A stretch of 61,880 nt of DNA, the filler included. It is 6 parts of 6 records of this genome, joined end to end, with 100 filler letters (N's around TTAATTAATTAA, not from the genome) between each part and the next. Parts side by side here need not be neighbours in the genome. Positions count along the whole stretch, not along the records: positions 49,812 to 61,880 come from SRR31156797_10444; 5 more parts are not named here. One strand, given 5' to 3'. A program made the position numbers and the translations under genes. The notes under the pieces were generated by a model. The model worked only from the letters and a program-made list of their open reading frames with translations, made no database searches and was not told the DNA's origin. The first letter of the stretch is position 1; each line of letters starts with the position of its first letter. Shown one piece after another: positions 57,017 to 61,880 of the stretch.

Positions 57017-59311
57017 ATGTATATGGAAAAAATTAAAAATTCATTTGGTATTTTGTTAATAATGTCAATGGTTTTTCTTGTTGGCTGTAGAGATGCCGAA
57101 GAAGAAGTTGATAGTGGTGTAACAACAAGTTCTACTACAGCTACTATTAGTGGGTCAATTAGTAGTTCTGATGAATCGAGTTCTTTAATAAACAGAAGTG
57201 TAAGTGGCAATGATGGTGTTGACGGAATGCGTTATGTTTCAGCTGTACCGACTTCTGGTAGCTCTGAACCAGTGACAGTTTTAATTGGTTCAAATGGAGA
57301 GTTTACTTTAAGTGTAAGTAAAACTGTAAATTATATATTTAAATTATTGGATGAGTATGGTTTACCTCAGAAGGAGTTAGGGTTTGGTTCTACTGATGAT
57401 TCGGTTGCTTCAATTCAAAGCAACATTACACTGGAGATAGAACTAAGTGATTCTGAAAAAATAGTGATAGAATCATCAAGTGTTGTAGCTCAAACAAAAA
57501 AAGAGGCAGAAGAAGTTGGCGATTTAGAACCGAAGATTGTAAACGACGGGATACTTGCTGCTTTAGTTACGATTCTTGAAGATGAAGGCTTAGGAGAATA
57601 CGATGAAGATGAAGGAGAGATTATTTTAATAATTGCTAAAGAAGAATCCAATGGAGGAGCAGTTCAGCAAAGAATGGTCTTAAAAATTGATTCAAGTGAT
57701 AATTCAGATTCAGAGGATTCTGATTTTGGAGAGTTGGATTTTGGAACGCAAGCAGAAATTATTGTAACCGTAGTAAATGAAGAGGGGACAATTCTTAGTG
57801 AAAATGATAGAGATAGTGCTCAGAAATTAACTATAACTGATGGTAATGCTTTTGCAGCTGTAGATGTAGCTGTTGAGATGGCTGAAGAAATGATAGATGC
57901 TATTGCAGATGATCTTGATATAGAAAATTTAGATTTTGAAAATTTAGATTCAGAATTTGATTCGACTCTTGATACATTAGTGGATGAACTAGAAGATGAA
58001 TTTGAAGAATTTGAAGATCAATTAACAAATGAAGTAATAGAAAGAGAGATAGCTGAGCTTGAAGAAGAAGAAAAAGCTGATGAGGAAAGCTCTTCGGCAA
58101 CAAGTGTTACTTGGAATATGTTACCAGAGGATTTTAATCAAAACTTGGAGAGTATTGGAGACTTCTATGATGCTTTAGAAGACGCAATCGATAAGAGTAA
58201 TAGTACGGCAATGGATCATTTACTTCAGGCTATGTTAGATACTGAAGATGTAGAAGATGGAATAAGAAAGTATTTAATGGATAACCTTCCAGATATTACA
58301 TTTACCAGTGAAGACGGAATGTATGACTTTATGGAAGAGGCATATGATAGTACAGAGGAGATTTACGGATTAGTTTCAGAAGATGTTTTAGAAGTACTTT
58401 CACTTATAGCTGACGGACTTGAAAATGCATACGAAGCCAATGAAACAGTTACTTTAAGAACTGAATTAACTGATGGCTATAACGTAATTGTAACTCCTGA
58501 ACACTTTAAAGTAATAAGTGGTTCTTGGAAAATAATGATATCACAACTTTATGCTCTGGCTGCTTATCAATTTGATGATGACGAAGATTTTGAAGCAATG
58601 CAAGAATTTTTTGAAGGCTTTGATGATCTTTACAGAGATTCAAATATAGAGAGCATTTCAGAATTCTTAAAAACTGAATTGACAGATTTCACAACTCTTG
58701 ATGTTGATAATGACCTTCAGGATCAAGCGCTGGAATATGCTCAAGAAGGAGCAAAGGAACTATTTCAGGGGCTTTATAATCTTCCTACATATGACGAAGG
58801 AACACCTGAACTTGATAGAGAAAATATGTTAGCTGTGTTAGCTGAAGATAAATTTGATGCACTTGATGGGATATCAAAATTTAGTGATGCTGTAAATGGT
58901 GGACTTGAAGTTGAAATAGATGGTGAAATAGTCGTAGTAGATTTTGGTGCTCTATATACTTTTGATATAAAAGAATTTATATTTGAGATTACTGAGGGGG
59001 TAGAAGGAAGTAAAACAGATGAAGATTTAGTAGATGATTATGATTTAGCAACAATGTTATTAAATCTCTATGATTCTACATTAGAAGAGATATTTCCAGA
59101 TGGCTTACCTAGAGGTGCTAAGGAGGAGCTTATACCTACAGGTGTTGATTGGGGAAGTATAAGTATTGATATTCTCGATGTTACAGAAGAAGAGGAATAT
59201 GATGATGAGGATGTAATTTTTGAAATTGAAGTTAAAGATAGAAATGGAACAACATGGTTAATAGAGCAAAGTATAGATGGAGAAATGAGATTTAAAATTG
59301 AGAAAGTTTGA
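57017..59311 (+). CDS. Acidic lipoprotein, paralog of the giant lipoprotein
   Basis: AGGAGG RBS; lipobox LVGC; shared N-domain (YIFKLLDEYG) and helical domain (WNMLPEDFN...IFPDGLP). Confidence 0.8.
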   Translation: MYMEKIKNSFGILLIMSMVFLVGCRDAEEEVDSGVTTSSTTATISGSISSSDESSSLINRSVSGNDGVDGMRYVSAVPTSGSSEPVTVLIGSNGEFTLSVSKTVNYIFKLLDEYGLPQKELGFGSTDDSVASIQSNITLEIELSDSEKIVIESSSVVAQTKKEAEEVGDLEPKIVNDGILAALVTILEDEGLGEYDEDEGEIILIIAKEESNGGAVQQRMVLKIDSSDNSDSEDSDFGELDFGTQAEIIVTVVNEEGTILSENDRDSAQKLTITDGNAFAAVDVAVEMAEEMIDAIADDLDIENLDFENLDSEFDSTLDTLVDELEDEFEEFEDQLTNEVIEREIAELEEEEKADEESSSATSVTWNMLPEDFNQNLESIGDFYDALEDAIDKSNSTAMDHLLQAMLDTEDVEDGIRKYLMDNLPDITFTSEDGMYDFMEEAYDSTEEIYGLVSEDVLEVLSLIADGLENAYEANETVTLRTELTDGYNVIVTPEHFKVISGSWKIMISQLYALAAYQFDDDEDFEAMQEFFEGFDDLYRDSNIESISEFLKTELTDFTTLDVDNDLQDQALEYAQEGAKELFQGLYNLPTYDEGTPELDRENMLAVLAEDKFDALDGISKFSDAVNGGLEVEIDGEIVVVDFGALYTFDIKEFIFEITEGVEGSKTDEDLVDDYDLATMLLNLYDSTLEEIFPDGLPRGAKEELIPTGVDWGSISIDILDVTEEEEYDDEDVIFEIEVKDRNGTTWLIEQSIDGEMRFKIEKV

Positions 59312-59346
59312 TGATCAAGATTAAGTTATAGAAGAAATATATTAAT

Positions 59347-59379
59347 TAAGCCTGCTGCATTTCATATACAGCAGGCTTA
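59347..59379 (+). terminator. Hairpin between lipoprotein and barrel genes (weak terminator or RNA-stabilising stem)
   Basis: TAAGCCTGCTG/CAGCAGGCTTA stem without a long T-tract. Confidence 0.5.
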
Positions 59380-59398
59380 TATATGTAAAGGAAAATGG

Positions 59399-60559
59399 AT
59401 GGAAAATAATTTTAATACTTGTAAACTTTTACCAATAATGTTATTAATTATTTCAGTGAAGTGTTTTTCAATGGAGCTGGTTTATAGTGGTTTTAGTATT
59501 TATTCATCAGGAAAAGAGGAGAGTTCAAATAAGAAGTTAGAGCTAAATTCTGAATATCTTGATTTGACATATAGTAAGCAAAAATATGTATCAGAAGATT
59601 TTAATTTGGATCCGGATGAATATGAATTAAAATTGAAAACAGACTATTATGAACTTTCTATTAATGAAGTGAAACTTAATTTTAACAACTTGCAACTTGA
59701 TGATGAAATTATAGAGTTAGAAGGAAATCGTTATAATTATATTGAACATACGTTTAAAATACCAAGTGAGGAGTTTGAGCTTCAACTTAACTTTGGTAAT
59801 AGTGTTGAAAAAACTTATAAACTTACATCTAATATTGCGAATGTTGGTTTTTCTGATTATGTTTTAGTTAAATATGGTTATAGTTTTAAATATAAAAACT
59901 TTTTATTTGCTAATAATCTTTATCAATATAATGCAATACTATTGTTAAATGACATATCAGATATTGGTGAGATGGAAGGAAAAACGAATGAAGTATTTTT
60001 AAAATATAAAAATTCTAAAATAACTTATAGGAAAATTAACTTTAATTTCAGCTTCGGTATTGATCAATATAGTGCTGCTTTAATTTCTGCTTTATCGGAT
60101 AAATATCTATATGGAGAATTAGATATAGATGTTGAAAATCTTGATTTGGAAAATAGTTTTGAATTTGAATTTAAATCTTCAAAAATAATAGTTCGAAATA
60201 ATTTTGGTGTAATTATGGATAAAGGTTCTTCTATATCATATTTAGAAGAGTATTATACAGAACACTTTAGTTTTGGATTTTGGAGAGTTAGATCACCTTC
60301 CAGAGATGTAGAAAGAACGTATGAACTTGAAAATAAAAATATTTATTATGATACTGTTAATTTTAATTATGAAAAATATATTAATCAACTTACATTTGGA
60401 GTAAGTAGTTTTATCACTGTAATTAAGAATCTAAGTTTAAAGGAAAGTGAAATAGAATTAGATTATGAAGAAAGTGAAGAAAGTTATATAACCACAACTA
60501 AGAAAAAAGATATTTTTGTTTTACCTGGAATAACTCTTTATGTTAAATATGAATTTTAA
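59399..60559 (+). CDS. Putative outer-membrane beta-barrel protein (paralog 2)
   Basis: Signal peptide; ISALSD..YG and NNFGVI.D shared with paralog 1; C-terminal TLYVKYEF. Confidence 0.6.
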   Translation: MENNFNTCKLLPIMLLIISVKCFSMELVYSGFSIYSSGKEESSNKKLELNSEYLDLTYSKQKYVSEDFNLDPDEYELKLKTDYYELSINEVKLNFNNLQLDDEIIELEGNRYNYIEHTFKIPSEEFELQLNFGNSVEKTYKLTSNIANVGFSDYVLVKYGYSFKYKNFLFANNLYQYNAILLLNDISDIGEMEGKTNEVFLKYKNSKITYRKINFNFSFGIDQYSAALISALSDKYLYGELDIDVENLDLENSFEFEFKSSKIIVRNNFGVIMDKGSSISYLEEYYTEHFSFGFWRVRSPSRDVERTYELENKNIYYDTVNFNYEKYINQLTFGVSSFITVIKNLSLKESEIELDYEESEESYITTTKKKDIFVLPGITLYVKYEF

Positions 60560-60592
60560 AACCCCTAGTATATTTTTTAACTAGGGGTTTTT
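60558..60592. terminator. Bidirectional intrinsic terminator
   Basis: AAAACCCCTAGT/ACTAGGGGTTTT stem between convergent genes. Confidence 0.85.
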
Positions 60593-60611
60593 ATATCAAA
60601 ATTATTTAATT

Positions 60612-61853
60612 TTAACTTTTAACTCTGGTAAAGACTACTTCTTTACCTTCTTTTCTTCTTTTAGCAAATTCAGCGGTTGCTGTAAATAAAACATCTGTAG
60701 AAGAGTTAAGTGCAGTTTCGCAAGAATCCTGAATAACTCCTATTATAAATCCAACTCCAACAATTTGCATAGCGATATCATTTGGAATACCGAATAAACT
60801 TGCCGCTAAAGGAATAAGTAAAATCGAACCTCCTGCAACTCCTGAAGTTCCACATGCACTGATTGCAGAAATAAGACTAAGAATTATAGCAGTCATGATG
60901 TCCACTTTGATACCAAGAGTATTAGTAGCCGCTAAAGTCATGATCGTAATAACAACTGCAGCACCTGACATGTTAATAGTTGCTCCCAGAGGGATTGATA
61001 CTGAGTAAGTATCTTTATCCAGACCAAACTCTTCACATAGAGTCATATTAACAGGAATATTTGCAGCTGAACTTCTTGTAAAGAAAGCTGTTATTCCACT
61101 TCTTTTGATACAAGTAAATACTAATGGATAAGGATTTTTTCCAGTACTTAAGAAAACAATTATCGGATTAGTAATAAATGCTACAACTAACATTGTTCCA
61201 ACTAATACAAGAACTAACTTACCATAACTAGCTAAAGCATCAACACCGCTTGTAACAATGGCATTAAATACAAGTCCCATAACTCCTAAAGGTGCAAAGT
61301 TAATAACCCATTTAACTGCTAAAGTTAATGCGTCAGAGAAATTACCAATAACTGTTTTAGTAGTTTCAGAACCATTTTTAAGAGCTAAACCAAGTATAGT
61401 TGCCCATGAAAGGATACCGATATAGTTTCCGTTGTAGATAGCTTTAATTGGGTTGTCAACAATGTTTAATAATAACGTTTTTAAGACTTCTACAAGACCT
61501 TCAGGTGGAGTAATACTATTAACGCTTTCTCCTAAAGTCATTTTAACCGGGAACATGAAACTTACGATAACAGCTACAAGCCCAGCAACAACTGTTCCGA
61601 TTAGATAAAGCATAAGTATTGATTTTACATTTGTTTTTTGTCCGGCTTTATGCTGTGCAATTGCAGACATAACAAGGAAAAATACAAGAATTGGTGCAAC
61701 TGCTTTTAATGCTCCAACAAATAATGAACCGAAGATAGTAACAACTGTTGCTTTTGTAGGCAAAGCAATTGCTAAAATAATACCAATAACCAGACCAATA
61801 ATAATTCTTTTAACTAGACTCATTTGATTCCATTTTTTTAATAAACTCATCAT
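60612..61853 (-). CDS. sstT: Serine/threonine transporter SstT (DAACS family)
   Basis: [47 protein letters not shown] and [13 protein letters not shown]; start after GGAGG RBS. Confidence 0.93.
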   Translation of the reverse strand: MMSLLKKWNQMSLVKRIIIGLVIGIILAIALPTKATVVTIFGSLFVGALKAVAPILVFFLVMSAIAQHKAGQKTNVKSILMLYLIGTVVAGLVAVIVSFMFPVKMTLGESVNSITPPEGLVEVLKTLLLNIVDNPIKAIYNGNYIGILSWATILGLALKNGSETTKTVIGNFSDALTLAVKWVINFAPLGVMGLVFNAIVTSGVDALASYGKLVLVLVGTMLVVAFITNPIIVFLSTGKNPYPLVFTCIKRSGITAFFTRSSAANIPVNMTLCEEFGLDKDTYSVSIPLGATINMSGAAVVITIMTLAATNTLGIKVDIMTAIILSLISAISACGTSGVAGGSILLIPLAASLFGIPNDIAMQIVGVGFIIGVIQDSCETALNSSTDVLFTATAEFAKRRKEGKEVVFTRVKS

Positions 61854-61880
61854 AAATATATCCTCCAATTTCTAACATTT

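Noticed and set aside
1-61880. CRISPR arrays, tRNA/rRNA genes, transposases, reverse transcriptases
   Set aside because: No regularly spaced repeat-spacer series, cloverleaf or rRNA-like segment, or corresponding protein motifs were seen by eye; a short tRNA could have been missed without a scan.

Overview
The window is not one continuous locus. It is six contigs joined by artificial 100-bp spacers (N-run + TTAATTAATTAA + N-run), and by gene content and composition they come from several organisms; all lineage calls below are inference. (1) 1-14839 and (2) 14940-24666 are Bacteroidota-like: mscS, acyl-CoA ligase, a LytS/LytTR pair, mdh, TolC; then rpsP, ung, a patatin-barrel, DUF58, trxA and dnaE. 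(3) 24767-35653, (4) 35754-41960 and (6) 49812-61880 are very AT-rich diderm-like contigs, probably free-living Fusobacteriota. (5) 42061-49711 is GC-richer and Desulfobacterota-like. No rRNA, tRNA, CRISPR array, transposase or integrase was recognised. Best candidates for undescribed biology: (a) a six-gene exported nucleic-acid utilisation locus (25398-35560) with two endonuclease-I/Bsn lipoproteins, an EEP nuclease, a non-catalytic OB/lamin-tail lipoprotein and an active plus degenerate class C phosphatase pair; (b) a duplicated beta-barrel plus giant acidic lipoprotein module arranged barrel-lipoprotein-lipoprotein-barrel (50458-60559); (c) a GAF-like/nucleotidyltransferase gene coupled to a metallophosphoesterase (17775-19454); (d) 21-bp-periodic LytTR-type boxes in front of both the LytTR operon and an ORF-less ~230-nt transcript, a candidate sRNA (5067-5372); (e) a conserved hairpin/RBS leader shared by two contigs (35565-35650 and 41901-41957). 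Family assignments come from motif recognition by eye; no searches were run.
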